Shown piece by piece: positions 38,297 to 48,182 of a DNA stretch of 64,000 nt. The position numbers were made by a program, and so were the translations under genes. Numbering within the stretch: position 1 is the stretch's first letter; each line of letters begins with the position of its first letter. The stretch comes from a virus, in the IMG/VR virus record IMGVR_UViG_3300021420_000021, positions 1 through 64,000 of that record; one strand, given 5' to 3'. The notes beneath the pieces were generated by a model. The model did no database searches. It saw nothing but the letters and a program-made list of their open reading frames with translations, and was not told the DNA's origin.

Positions 38297-39206
38297 TTTT
38301 AACCGCAACTTTGGAATCGGTAATTCTCTTGAACCCGCGCTTACGTCTGCAAACATGGTCGCTCAGACGATTCTTTCGCCTCCATTTGACTTCTGGTGGA
38401 ATTCTCAAGAGATAAGCTTTACGTGTTCGACAGCGCCTCCGGTCGCGAACATTACAAACGTCGCGATTACAAGTAAAATTGTAACTCTGTTGATGATAAA
38501 TACGTTTGTTCAGAATGATCAAGTTTTAATCGCGTCTTTAGTGACTGCGGCGTTTCTTAATGGCGCAGTATTGACTGTTTTGACGGCATCGCCAACACAG
38601 ATTACGGCTTATTTTAATCATGCCGACTATGTTTCTGCCGCCGATACAGGGACTGCAACAAAAAGCACGACTCAAGATTATACAGTCAATATCCCTAATT
38701 TTTCTCACATCGAACATGCGTCTGTATACGATATATTTACGAACAGTCAGACGACCGGAACTGTCGGCAAGAAGTGGTGGGAACTAGAAGTAAAGAATAA
38801 TCTGTCTTTAGATTCTACTCTCGGTCGGCCTCAGTTTATCAATCCGCAATTTGAAGATGTTAATAGTAACGTTACATTTCGAATGATGCCTGCGCCGAGT
38901 CAGAATTACCCTGTCGCACTTCACGTTCAGTTAGCGCCGCCGTTGTTTACGAGTTTGAATCAAACATGGTCGCCGCTTCCTGACTTTATGCAACACATTT
39001 ATTCATGGGGTTTTTTAAGTCTGATGTGGGCCTTTGCGGATGATCCGCGTGTTGGTTTCGCGAATCAAAAATTTACATCTAGTCTGCTCGCCCGCGCAGA
39101 TGGGCTATCTCAAGAAGAACGCGACACGTTTCTCAACAATTGGAATATGTTGACTGGAACACAGCAACAACAACGAGCACAAGGAACGCAGATGCGAGGT
39201 ATGTAG
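38238..39206 (+). CDS. Head-tail adaptor / tail tubular protein A-like, paralog 2
   Basis: PALTSANMVAQ...PFDFWWN...PAP...LPDF. Confidence 0.65.
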   Translation: MPALSTITLEMTMDWAKRLSFNRNFGIGNSLEPALTSANMVAQTILSPPFDFWWNSQEISFTCSTAPPVANITNVAITSKIVTLLMINTFVQNDQVLIASLVTAAFLNGAVLTVLTASPTQITAYFNHADYVSAADTGTATKSTTQDYTVNIPNFSHIEHASVYDIFTNSQTTGTVGKKWWELEVKNNLSLDSTLGRPQFINPQFEDVNSNVTFRMMPAPSQNYPVALHVQLAPPLFTSLNQTWSPLPDFMQHIYSWGFLSLMWAFADDPRVGFANQKFTSSLLARADGLSQEERDTFLNNWNMLTGTQQQQRAQGTQMRGM

Positions 39207-39520
39207 TGGCTCAACGACAGATCATAAATGGCGGCTTCCAGCTTCCTAACGGGTCGCCACTAGCACTCGGGTATTTAAAAATGCGGTTAAATGTTGATGC
39301 TACGACCGGAGTAGATCAGATTGTCGCGGGCCGAGTTGTAACTGTTCCACTTGATAGTAATGGGAATATATCTGGCGCAGTTTTAGTTTGGCCGAATGAT
39401 CAGCTTATTCCAATTAATACGGTTTATGTAACTCAAGCATTTAGCGCATCAGGTCAACTATGTTGGCATGAAGAATTAAGCATTCCTTCGGGCGCAGGAT
39501 CATATAGTTTGTCAGGATAA
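39206..39520 (+). CDS. Stand-alone tail-fibre anchor-like domain
   Basis: GTG start with GAGGT SD; paralogous to the N-terminus of 39529..40713. Confidence 0.65.
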   Translation: MAQRQIINGGFQLPNGSPLALGYLKMRLNVDATTGVDQIVAGRVVTVPLDSNGNISGAVLVWPNDQLIPINTVYVTQAFSASGQLCWHEELSIPSGAGSYSLSG

Positions 39521-39528
39521 GGAAATAC

Positions 39529-40713
39529 ATGTCAGCACCAACTAAGGTCCAGCTTATCGGCGGACATTTTCAAGACCTTTCCGGAAATGTTTTAGCAAAT
39601 GGTTATCTTCGGATGTTTCTTAGTTCTGATGAATTGGTAACAGGGGTCGGCTTTATTTGCAGCGGTGTTTTTGTACAAATACAATTAGATTCTGCGGGAA
39701 GTGTTGCAAGTTCAACAAGCACGCCGCCTGCTGCAAATCAGTTTGTTTGGGGCAATGATCAAATGGCCCCGACTAATAGTTATTATCGTGTTTTTGGCTA
39801 TGCCGCAAGCGGGCAACTTGCTTTCGGCCCCGATAATCAGCAAGTTATCGGCAATGGCGGAACGTTCGATGTCGGTACTTGGATACCAAATTCTGTCATA
39901 AGTTGGCAACCGCCGATTCAGCCGTTAACACTTGAAGTAAACAGTGTATTAGCTGGATCACAAACGCTATTGAATCTTAACGCAGGATCAGGAATAACTT
40001 TGACCGATAATGGATCGGGTCAAGTTACTGTCGCATCTAGTCTCGCAGCGCTATTATTAGAAACGAACGGAACGCCGAATACATCGCAGACATTATTGAA
40101 TTTAGCCGCAGGTACAGGTATTACGATTACAAATCCTAGCGGCGGTGAAGTTTTGATTTCGTCTACTACATCTGGATCACCTTCCGGATCGAATGTAATA
40201 TTTATCGATGAAGCACAAAAAAATGCAGGTTCCGGATTTAATGGCGCAGCTACTGATTGTATTATTGTTCGAGTTCCTGCTAGTTCTGTAGCCGCAATAG
40301 GTAGTAAAGTCATAGTTACGATCAATTTTTCTGCGCTCGGATCAAGTTCAATAAAGATGACTCCTGTATTACGACGGACTCTTCCGGGCGGAACAGCTTT
40401 TACCGATACGACTGCAATTACATTTGGTGGCAGCGCTACGCCTACTTTTACAGGAAGTACTTTAACGTATACATCAGACGATGTTTCTTGTACTATCGAT
40501 AGTGCCCATGATAATTATTTCATATTTAATGAAACAACTGTGACAGGTACGCCCGCCTACTATACTTTTGTAGAAAATTATATTACTAAATGTAGCGGAG
40601 AAGTAACTAACGGCGTGAATTATTCTACCGTGTCATCGATACCGAGTTTACCGACTTTGCTCAGTTTGTTGTCTACACAAAGTACTCTTGTTTCAAGTAT
40701 CGTAATTGGATAA
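39529..40713 (+). CDS. Tail fibre / receptor-binding protein
   Basis: Anchor N-terminus; duplicated SQTLLNLxAGxGITxT unit; beta-rich C-terminus. Confidence 0.65.
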   Translation: MSAPTKVQLIGGHFQDLSGNVLANGYLRMFLSSDELVTGVGFICSGVFVQIQLDSAGSVASSTSTPPAANQFVWGNDQMAPTNSYYRVFGYAASGQLAFGPDNQQVIGNGGTFDVGTWIPNSVISWQPPIQPLTLEVNSVLAGSQTLLNLNAGSGITLTDNGSGQVTVASSLAALLLETNGTPNTSQTLLNLAAGTGITITNPSGGEVLISSTTSGSPSGSNVIFIDEAQKNAGSGFNGAATDCIIVRVPASSVAAIGSKVIVTINFSALGSSSIKMTPVLRRTLPGGTAFTDTTAITFGGSATPTFTGSTLTYTSDDVSCTIDSAHDNYFIFNETTVTGTPAYYTFVENYITKCSGEVTNGVNYSTVSSIPSLPTLLSLLSTQSTLVSSIVIG

Positions 40714-40722
40714 GGAAAGTAA

Positions 40723-43700
40723 ATGTCGAACGCGTTGCAGGCCGCTGGCGCTCAGCCGGACAAACAAACTAAATTCACAAATTTATATACAGGCCGTTTC
40801 TTTTCAGGAATCTGGACAAATCGTTCTCCATTACGTGATGCTGCTTCGACTCGAATAGAAGAAAAGTTTTACGGGCCACGTGGCGATGCAATGATCGCGG
40901 GATCGAACGTCGAAATTACGAATAGGCTGACTTTAGGTCGAAGACCCGGAAATCCGGTTTACGACAATGTTAATACTTTTACTAATGTTCTGAGTTTTGA
41001 CGATTTTCGTATCAGCAAGGGCTTATCTGACATTTTCGGAACGGTGACCGAACAAGTCGATACAATGATCGACACAAGCGCTGCTCTATTTGCCGAGAAT
41101 AGTGCTTTTGTTCTTCAAGGCGGCGTCAATCCAACGACAGTATTTACGAAGTCTCCCGGCGCGGGACAAAGTTATGGAATTCAAGTCGGAAACGAATGGT
41201 ATTTTGGCAACGGCGCGGATAATAAAAAGTGGCTTCAGTCTTTATTTGTTCGATCAAGTGCAAGCAATAATGCGACTTTAAATCTTAATTCGTATCCGTT
41301 CATGGATACATTTTTGATTAGTAATCCGACGACGAATCCGCAGATTCAGCAATTAATTGGTGCCGCTGTTCAATCGGGCGCGTCAGGTTCAGTCAATAAT
41401 ATTAACGTCACGAACGTCGTTTTGACGAATGAAGTGTTGACACTTACGACTTCCGCCGCTCCGTTTACGACACAGCCTATTGGCACGCAGTTTATGCTAT
41501 GGGGATTTACAAATCCTGCTACGACATTTTTGAACGGTTCGACTATTACTTTGACTGTCGCTTGGTCGGGAACGACTATTACTGCGACTTGGACCGGAAC
41601 GCACGCAAATATGTCGCAGGCGGATACAGCGGTCATTCAAATTGAAAAAGGTGGTACGAACTCTGTTACAAATACACTTGTACTCGGTCCTACGGTTCCG
41701 ACATGGGGAACAGTTGCGCCAAGTGCCGCTAACGATTTCATGGGCAGTGTAACGATTGACGGACAGGCGATTTGGGTCAATCGTGGAATAACTGTCGAAA
41801 ATTGGGGATTAGCAGCACCGACTGAAGATTTGACTTCAGGTCCGGGCGGAATTTCGTTAACTGGTGCGGCTTCAGGATTTTCTCCAAATACGTTTTTTGC
41901 TCCAGCAAGTGTATTCATAGACCCTAATGGTAATTTATGGGAAGTGACAACCGGAGGCAAATCTGGCGCAACTGAACCTGCTTGGCCCGCTTCGCCTACG
42001 TTTAGTGTAAAGCATGACATTTTTGCAGTTTCAGTCGCAGCTAACGTCGCGACTATATATTGTACGACTTTGCCGAGTCCGGGTCAAAGTGTGCAACTTT
42101 TCGGGTTACAACAAGCGAACGGAAATGGCGGCGCGCCGAATCTCAACGGCGTGACTTTGACCGTCGCGACAACCGGAGCAAATTTCTTTACTGCGCCTTT
42201 TACGTTCTCAGGGACTTATCCGGCGACTGGTGATGGCGCGGATCAAGGATATGCTATATTTTATGGTACGACTCAAGCAGACGGAAGTGTAGTCTGGACA
42301 AGTCTGCAAAGCGCCGCATCGATGGTTTGGGCTGCGCATACGCATTATCATCAAGATGATTTTTTAGTCGCGCCTACAGGGTCGAGTACATCGTTATTTC
42401 GGTTAAGCAAGAATACGCAACCGTTTATTCAGTCTGATGGAGCGCTATTAAGTACTCTTTATCCAACGTATAATTCAAGCCCGATAACCGGATCGTTTAA
42501 CGCGATTGCAAATCCGATAACTATTAATTCTTGGGCGGATAATTCTAATCCCGCCCGAGGGTTTAACGGCGCGTTTAGTCAATCGTATTTATCGGTTCCG
42601 ACATCCGGATCAGCCGCTGTTTCTACGCCTGTTCCGGGGTCTTTATACGCCGTAACAAATTCGACAGCAGGCGGCGGACCCGAACAAAGCGGGCCGAACG
42701 TCTACTTCTTTGCCGTCAACGGCGCGGGCGAAATAGGTGCGTCAACAGATAGCGGACAAGCTCAAAATTGGGAAGCTTCGTTTATTTGTAAAATTTACAT
42801 TCCTGCTCCCGGAACTTATACGTTTTCTCTTTTACACGATGATGGTGCTTTTTTTTCATTCGATAATATTTCTACTTCTGCGTTTTTGACTATTGGTTCG
42901 CAGACGAATGTTCCGCCAACGTTTTCCGGATCAGGCGGAAAAACTGCTATTCAAGGTTATACCGGAGTTGTCGGAAATAATAACTCCGGCGTTACTACAG
43001 ATTCAGCGACTTGGAGATTTCCAACAGCAGGCGATTACACATTAGAAATTAATTGGAAAGCTTGGCAAAACGCAGAAGAGATGATTTTTACTTGCCAGAG
43101 TTTTAATCTTGCAAGCAGTCCCGACGAATCCGGAACAAATCAACCTGCTTGGCCCGCTTTTACGACTACTGGAGCGACCGCGAGTACGACGACTGGAATT
43201 ACGTTTGGTACAGGCGACGTTATCAAAGAAGCAGGCGGTCAGTATACGTGGAGCAATTTAGGTCCGACGAGCGCATATAATGTCTGGTTTGCAAATACGA
43301 CTTATACCGTGTCAGGAACGCCGATTGTTGATACGAATGGAAATGAACAGCTTCCAATTCAACCCGGCGTAACTGGATCGACTGCGCCTGTATTCAACGG
43401 GACATTGAACGGGATTACGACGATATCCGGATCAACGTTACAGTTTATCAACGCCGGAGGTGTGCCAATTCAGCCGAACACTCCGGGAAAGATTACGGCT
43501 ACGAGCGCCCAAGGTTGGATTTATGGGATCGCACTTGTCAATACGTTAGATAATACTGTTTCGAATATTGGGCCGATAGGCCCGCCGAACAGCGCAGGCG
43601 GTGTAGGAACAGGGCCACTTATTAGCGGACAAGTTACGTTCTCTCCGGGTGCGGGATTGCCAACTGATCTGACTCAAATCGATCCACAAGCTGATTACGT

Positions 43701-45621
43701 AGCTATTTTTAGAACGACTGACGGTTTTTCGACTTTGTTACTTATACCGAGTAACGGAAATACCGATTATACTGTTCCGTTGACTCAGTATTTACAAAGT
43801 GGTTATGTTGATACGACGCCCGATACAGGCTTAGATACGCTCATTCAAGCTGCCGCAGCCGGAGAAAACACCCCTCCGCTACCGGGCGCGGTTAATCTGA
43901 CGTATCATTTAAACCGTATTTGGTACTCAATCGGCAATACTGTATATTATACAACCGGGCCGTTAGCGCCAGTAGGAAACGGTATTAATGGAACTTCGCC
44001 ATTGAACTTTGACGGTGTGACTTCTTTAATCACTCGATTAGTTCCATCTTCGATAGGCATGTTAGTGTTCACCGTTTCGGATATTTATATAATCCCGAAT
44101 CAGGGCAGAACGATTCTTCCGAGTCTTCCGTATGTTCCGGGCGTAGGATTGTCGAGCTATAATGCTCTTGATATATCAGGGCCGTTAGTCGGCTTCTTTT
44201 CGACTGATCATCAGTTTATTAACTTCAATCCTAGCGCGGGCGTCAACATCGTTTCGATGCCAATTGGCGACCAGTTCCGTAAGAACACCGGACAACCGGG
44301 AACATCTTGGAACCCGAAAAATGTCTACGTCGCTTGGTATGTCAACGGCGAAGACATGGGATGGTTTGTTGCGGACGGCGTTAATGGGTGGTATAGGCTG
44401 ATTAACAATCCCGCACCCGATTTCGGGCAAAGCTGGAGTCCGTTTGCCACAATTGTAAACGGCGTAAAAGCTATTAAATCTGTTGAAACCGCTCCGGGAG
44501 TACATAATTTACTTCTAGGCCCGTCTTCTTCAGCACCTATTAATCCTTCTCAGTTAGGATCAGCCGGGAATTACGCACTACTCGCGTATTCTGGAATTAC
44601 AAATACAGGTTCGTCTGTCATCTTCGGGAATGTTGGTACTGTGACTGCAACGGTTACTCCGGGTGGATGGACTCTTGTTCCGCCATCAGTCATAGATAAC
44701 GCAGACGCAGCAACAGCCGAAGTCGCCGCTCTTGCCGCGTATAATTTTTACGCAGCATTGACGCCAACGAAATCCGGGCTGTCTAATCTTTCGACAGGCG
44801 GAAACGGAAGTACAGCTTCGACCTATACAGCCGGAGTTTACGCCGGAGCGTCGAGTTTGTCGATGCCGACAGGAATTACTCTTGATGGCCAAGGTAATAC
44901 TAATTCTATATTCGTATTCCAAGCCGGATCGACTGTAAATCTTGCGTCCGGACAATCGGTCAATCTTATTAACGGCGCACAAGCAAGCAACGTATTCTGG
45001 GTCGTTGGTACTTCGCTAACAACTGTTGCAACAAGTACAATGGTCGGGACAATTCTTGCTCAAATATCTGTCACATTAGGCGGCGGAATTTTGAACGGGC
45101 GTGCTCTTGCTGGAATCGGCGGATCAAGCGGGGCGGTAACTATTTCTGCCGCAACTGCGATTACTATTTCAGCCGGATTGCCGACAGGTTCCGGATTTAT
45201 TCGATTTAGAAATCTTGATGCTTCTTCCGATGGCGGAACAGGATTGACGAACGGATTGACTTATCCTGCATACGGAGTATTCGGATCATACGTACTCGCG
45301 CAACCCGGTCAAGTCGCGCAAGTTGCATTCGTTACGACTGACTCAGTAAATACGGGAAGTCCGTTAATTTTAGGGCTTTTGATAGACGAAGCTTTGCCTT
45401 ATTTTACCGGAAGTTTTGAGATGTTGAAGAACTGGACGACCGATCCTCCGGGATTACCCGCCAGTAAATCAATTCTCGGACAACGCTTTTATTTGTCTGA
45501 GCTTCCCAATTCCGCAGCGGCGTTACGCCATATGCAAATCATGTGCCAATGGCCTAGCGAAAGTGCGCTTAATGAATTGCAGAGCTTTACGGTATTTGGC
45601 GATTATGTTCAGGAGCAGTAG
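40723..45621 (+). CDS. Large tail (nozzle/tubular B-like) protein with PA14-like and DUF3494 ice-binding-like insertions
   Basis: 1632 aa; YTFSLLHDDG PA14-like motif (~42770-43100); DUF3494 at ~44548-45170. Confidence 0.8.
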   Translation: MSNALQAAGAQPDKQTKFTNLYTGRFFSGIWTNRSPLRDAASTRIEEKFYGPRGDAMIAGSNVEITNRLTLGRRPGNPVYDNVNTFTNVLSFDDFRISKGLSDIFGTVTEQVDTMIDTSAALFAENSAFVLQGGVNPTTVFTKSPGAGQSYGIQVGNEWYFGNGADNKKWLQSLFVRSSASNNATLNLNSYPFMDTFLISNPTTNPQIQQLIGAAVQSGASGSVNNINVTNVVLTNEVLTLTTSAAPFTTQPIGTQFMLWGFTNPATTFLNGSTITLTVAWSGTTITATWTGTHANMSQADTAVIQIEKGGTNSVTNTLVLGPTVPTWGTVAPSAANDFMGSVTIDGQAIWVNRGITVENWGLAAPTEDLTSGPGGISLTGAASGFSPNTFFAPASVFIDPNGNLWEVTTGGKSGATEPAWPASPTFSVKHDIFAVSVAANVATIYCTTLPSPGQSVQLFGLQQANGNGGAPNLNGVTLTVATTGANFFTAPFTFSGTYPATGDGADQGYAIFYGTTQADGSVVWTSLQSAASMVWAAHTHYHQDDFLVAPTGSSTSLFRLSKNTQPFIQSDGALLSTLYPTYNSSPITGSFNAIANPITINSWADNSNPARGFNGAFSQSYLSVPTSGSAAVSTPVPGSLYAVTNSTAGGGPEQSGPNVYFFAVNGAGEIGASTDSGQAQNWEASFICKIYIPAPGTYTFSLLHDDGAFFSFDNISTSAFLTIGSQTNVPPTFSGSGGKTAIQGYTGVVGNNNSGVTTDSATWRFPTAGDYTLEINWKAWQNAEEMIFTCQSFNLASSPDESGTNQPAWPAFTTTGATASTTTGITFGTGDVIKEAGGQYTWSNLGPTSAYNVWFANTTYTVSGTPIVDTNGNEQLPIQPGVTGSTAPVFNGTLNGITTISGSTLQFINAGGVPIQPNTPGKITATSAQGWIYGIALVNTLDNTVSNIGPIGPPNSAGGVGTGPLISGQVTFSPGAGLPTDLTQIDPQADYVAIFRTTDGFSTLLLIPSNGNTDYTVPLTQYLQSGYVDTTPDTGLDTLIQAAAAGENTPPLPGAVNLTYHLNRIWYSIGNTVYYTTGPLAPVGNGINGTSPLNFDGVTSLITRLVPSSIGMLVFTVSDIYIIPNQGRTILPSLPYVPGVGLSSYNALDISGPLVGFFSTDHQFINFNPSAGVNIVSMPIGDQFRKNTGQPGTSWNPKNVYVAWYVNGEDMGWFVADGVNGWYRLINNPAPDFGQSWSPFATIVNGVKAIKSVETAPGVHNLLLGPSSSAPINPSQLGSAGNYALLAYSGITNTGSSVIFGNVGTVTATVTPGGWTLVPPSVIDNADAATAEVAALAAYNFYAALTPTKSGLSNLSTGGNGSTASTYTAGVYAGASSLSMPTGITLDGQGNTNSIFVFQAGSTVNLASGQSVNLINGAQASNVFWVVGTSLTTVATSTMVGTILAQISVTLGGGILNGRALAGIGGSSGAVTISAATAITISAGLPTGSGFIRFRNLDASSDGGTGLTNGLTYPAYGVFGSYVLAQPGQVAQVAFVTTDSVNTGSPLILGLLIDEALPYFTGSFEMLKNWTTDPPGLPASKSILGQRFYLSELPNSAAALRHMQIMCQWPSESALNELQSFTVFGDYVQEQ

Positions 45622-45624
45622 CAT

Positions 45625-46350
45625 ATGCCCTCGATAAAAGATGCTGTTAACGCAAATCTCGAAGGATATGCGCCAGCAGCAAAATTGCCTGTCATATATG
45701 AGATGATCAATAACGACAAGCCAAGGGCCAACCCTGCAATTCGTTGTCCCTTGCCGCCATTTAATCTTGATCCTGATACGTTACGTCAATTTGAAACAGG
45801 AAATTCATCGCCGCAAATTCGTGTTCTTCCTGTTCCGGCGCAAACTGGAAATACGACAACGATTATTAAATCAGGCGGATTTATCGGAAGTATTGGAACT
45901 TCATCTTCGAGTTCTAGTTCCGGATCGGGTTCAGGCGGATCGGGCGGTTCCGGATCGAATAATCTTACGCTTAAAAGTGTTGTTCTTACGACCGGATCGA
46001 TTGCAGTCGGTGGAAGTTTTCTTGGAACAGCGCTAATGGCGAAGTCGTTTCAATTAATTTCTTTGACTACGAATCAACCTTGCGATGTGCGAATTTACGG
46101 CGCAGCCGCAATTCAATCATTTGACGCAACTCGGGCGATAGATGCGCCCGTTCCGGCAGAAGTGTCAGATAATATTATTGCCGATGTAATTTTTGACACA
46201 TTGCCGTTTACGTGGGGCTTCCAAAACGCCGCAGGCGCAAACCAAGACCTTCCGCAGAGTACAAATGTTTATGTCAGTGTTTTAAATACCGGAAACACAA
46301 CGTTGTCGCCTGTACAAGTGACGATCAGCTACGTAGCCTTAGAATCTTAG
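45625..46350 (+). CDS. Tail-associated structural protein
   Basis: Ser/Gly linker plus beta-rich domain. Confidence 0.6.
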   Translation: MPSIKDAVNANLEGYAPAAKLPVIYEMINNDKPRANPAIRCPLPPFNLDPDTLRQFETGNSSPQIRVLPVPAQTGNTTTIIKSGGFIGSIGTSSSSSSSGSGSGGSGGSGSNNLTLKSVVLTTGSIAVGGSFLGTALMAKSFQLISLTTNQPCDVRIYGAAAIQSFDATRAIDAPVPAEVSDNIIADVIFDTLPFTWGFQNAAGANQDLPQSTNVYVSVLNTGNTTLSPVQVTISYVALES

Positions 46351-46361
46351 GAGACACAACC

Positions 46362-46925
46362 GTGGGAAATCGCCAAGTCTGGCCTTCGAGCCTGTTTCCT
46401 CTTCGTGGAGATTTGAGTGCCGAAGCAGGCGCAACGACAGTCAAAGTTATCGGAATCCAAGGCACGCCCGTCTCTAACGTCGCGCCGACTACGACGAATC
46501 AGACATTGATTTATAATAGTGGGACTAATCAATACGCGCCGGGAATTCTTTTACCCGAACTCGTTGCTTCTGTCGATTTAACCCGATTACATGCAAACGC
46601 GTCCGGAACACTTTATGCGAATGCGGCAGTTTCGGGCCAATATGACATCGGCGCTTATGTAGTCTGTACACAATCGTCGTCTGTTGGCGACATTCCGGGA
46701 ATTCTTATTACGTGGACCGACGCGGATACAGGAATTGTAAAAACGAATGAGATAACAAGTCCGACAGATGGAACTGTAGTTGGAAATTATAATAGCGGAC
46801 TAATGCGAGTTAGCGCCGAAATTGCGACGAATATTAATTGGGCGACGACAGGATATGTCGGCTATGTCGCTTATGGCGACGTATTTTATTCGCTTCATTT
46901 GAGTTGTGTTCTTGTGTCGGTGTAG
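46362..46925 (+). CDS. Tail-fibre-like protein
   Basis: GTG start with AGGAG SD; GDLS...VIGIQGTPVS...QTLIYN fibre motif. Confidence 0.6.
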   Translation: MGNRQVWPSSLFPLRGDLSAEAGATTVKVIGIQGTPVSNVAPTTTNQTLIYNSGTNQYAPGILLPELVASVDLTRLHANASGTLYANAAVSGQYDIGAYVVCTQSSSVGDIPGILITWTDADTGIVKTNEITSPTDGTVVGNYNSGLMRVSAEIATNINWATTGYVGYVAYGDVFYSLHLSCVLVSV

Positions 46926-46932
46926 GAGGATT

Positions 46933-47166
46933 GTGAAACGATATTTGATTGTATTGGCGTTGCTTGGAACTTTATTCGCCCAAGGGCATAATAAATCGCA
47001 AGAAGTTCACGCGAATTGCTGTTTATGTCTTTGCAAAGCGCAAGACGAGACAAAGTGTTCTCGGATGTGCATTCGGTTACAACATAGTAAGCGAATTATT
47101 TATGAAAAAGAAATGAATGAATGCACTAAAAGCTGTAAAAAACACGGAGTCATACAACTTCAGTGA
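46933..47166 (+). CDS. Small secreted Cys-rich protein
   Basis: Signal peptide followed by 8 Cys; AGGAGG SD. Confidence 0.65.
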   Translation: MKRYLIVLALLGTLFAQGHNKSQEVHANCCLCLCKAQDETKCSRMCIRLQHSKRIIYEKEMNECTKSCKKHGVIQLQ

Positions 47167-47177
47167 GGGACAGCTAA

Positions 47178-47801
47178 ATGATAGAAGAAATTAAATATTG
47201 TGAGTGTGGCTGTGGGAAACCTGCGCCTATCGCAGACCGTAACGTTAAACGTAATGGATGGGTAAAAGGGCAAGCTAAACGTTTTATTCGAGGTCATGGA
47301 TCGATTGCGCTATTTAAGAGTCCGCGATATGTAGAAAAAATGCAGGCTGTACTGACTGGCGCACCTAGCAAGTTACGCGGACGAAAGCAGCCGCTTGAAC
47401 ATCGTGCAAAGAAAATTAGATCGCTTACCGGTAAAGAGCCGATAATGAGTCCGTTTATTTCTGCTTTTATATCATTACAAAAAGGCCGTTGGATTGCAGG
47501 CGGCAAAAAACTTCATGCTCGCGCTGTGTGGGAACATTTTAACGGCCCTGTGCCAGCCGGGTTTCATGTGCATCATAAAAATGGCGACCCATCAAAAATA
47601 GAAAGCGACAATATTGATAATCTTATGTTACTTACTGCGGAATGGAATTTACGGTTTATGCCGCAACTAGCAGCAGGTTTTGGTATTCATGAGTCTGATG
47701 TGACAAAAGCCTATATTGAAGTCGAACATATTCCTTATAAGGATAGGTTTCCAGCAGTTTGTCGAATATTATTAGATCAGCAGGTTGATTATGGTAAATA
47801 G
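47178..47801 (+). CDS. HNH homing endonuclease
   Basis: CECGCG N-terminus; HARAVWEHFNGPVP...VHHKNGD...NIDNL. Confidence 0.85.
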   Translation: MIEEIKYCECGCGKPAPIADRNVKRNGWVKGQAKRFIRGHGSIALFKSPRYVEKMQAVLTGAPSKLRGRKQPLEHRAKKIRSLTGKEPIMSPFISAFISLQKGRWIAGGKKLHARAVWEHFNGPVPAGFHVHHKNGDPSKIESDNIDNLMLLTAEWNLRFMPQLAAGFGIHESDVTKAYIEVEHIPYKDRFPAVCRILLDQQVDYGK

Positions 47802-48171
47802 TCGGCCTTTGATTGAAGATGATTTACCGACATTGCAATCTGCACTTGAAAACTCTCCGCATCCGGATCAAAAAGTTGAGCACTATGTTGGCGATAATAA
47901 GTATTGCGAAATTTATTCTGACGAATCCGGGCCTATCGGTATTTTACGGTATACAAAAACGTTAAGATTATGCGCGACTTGGGTAAATAACGAAGATCGG
48001 GCGAGAAACGCCGCATCGATTATTCAAGCAGTCGAAGATGCAATTGCAAAAGCAAAAGCAAACGGATTTAGTGAAATAATTTTTCAGACCGATTCTCCTT
48101 CTTATGCAAAATTTTGTGTCGATAAGTTAGGTTTTTTAGAGAGTCGCGGTGAGTTTATTAAGTATGTGTAA
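47791..48171 (+). CDS. GNAT-like tail/ejectosome assembly protein
   Basis: Position before ejection proteins (as for T7 gp13); KLGF motif. Confidence 0.5.
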   Translation: MVNSRPLIEDDLPTLQSALENSPHPDQKVEHYVGDNKYCEIYSDESGPIGILRYTKTLRLCATWVNNEDRARNAASIIQAVEDAIAKAKANGFSEIIFQTDSPSYAKFCVDKLGFLESRGEFIKYV

Positions 48172-48182
48172 AGGACATCAGC

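Noticed and set aside
31732-45170. Diversity-generating retroelement TR/VR pair between the two DUF3494 copies
   Set aside because: No reverse transcriptase; differences are not adenine-specific and identity is only patchy.
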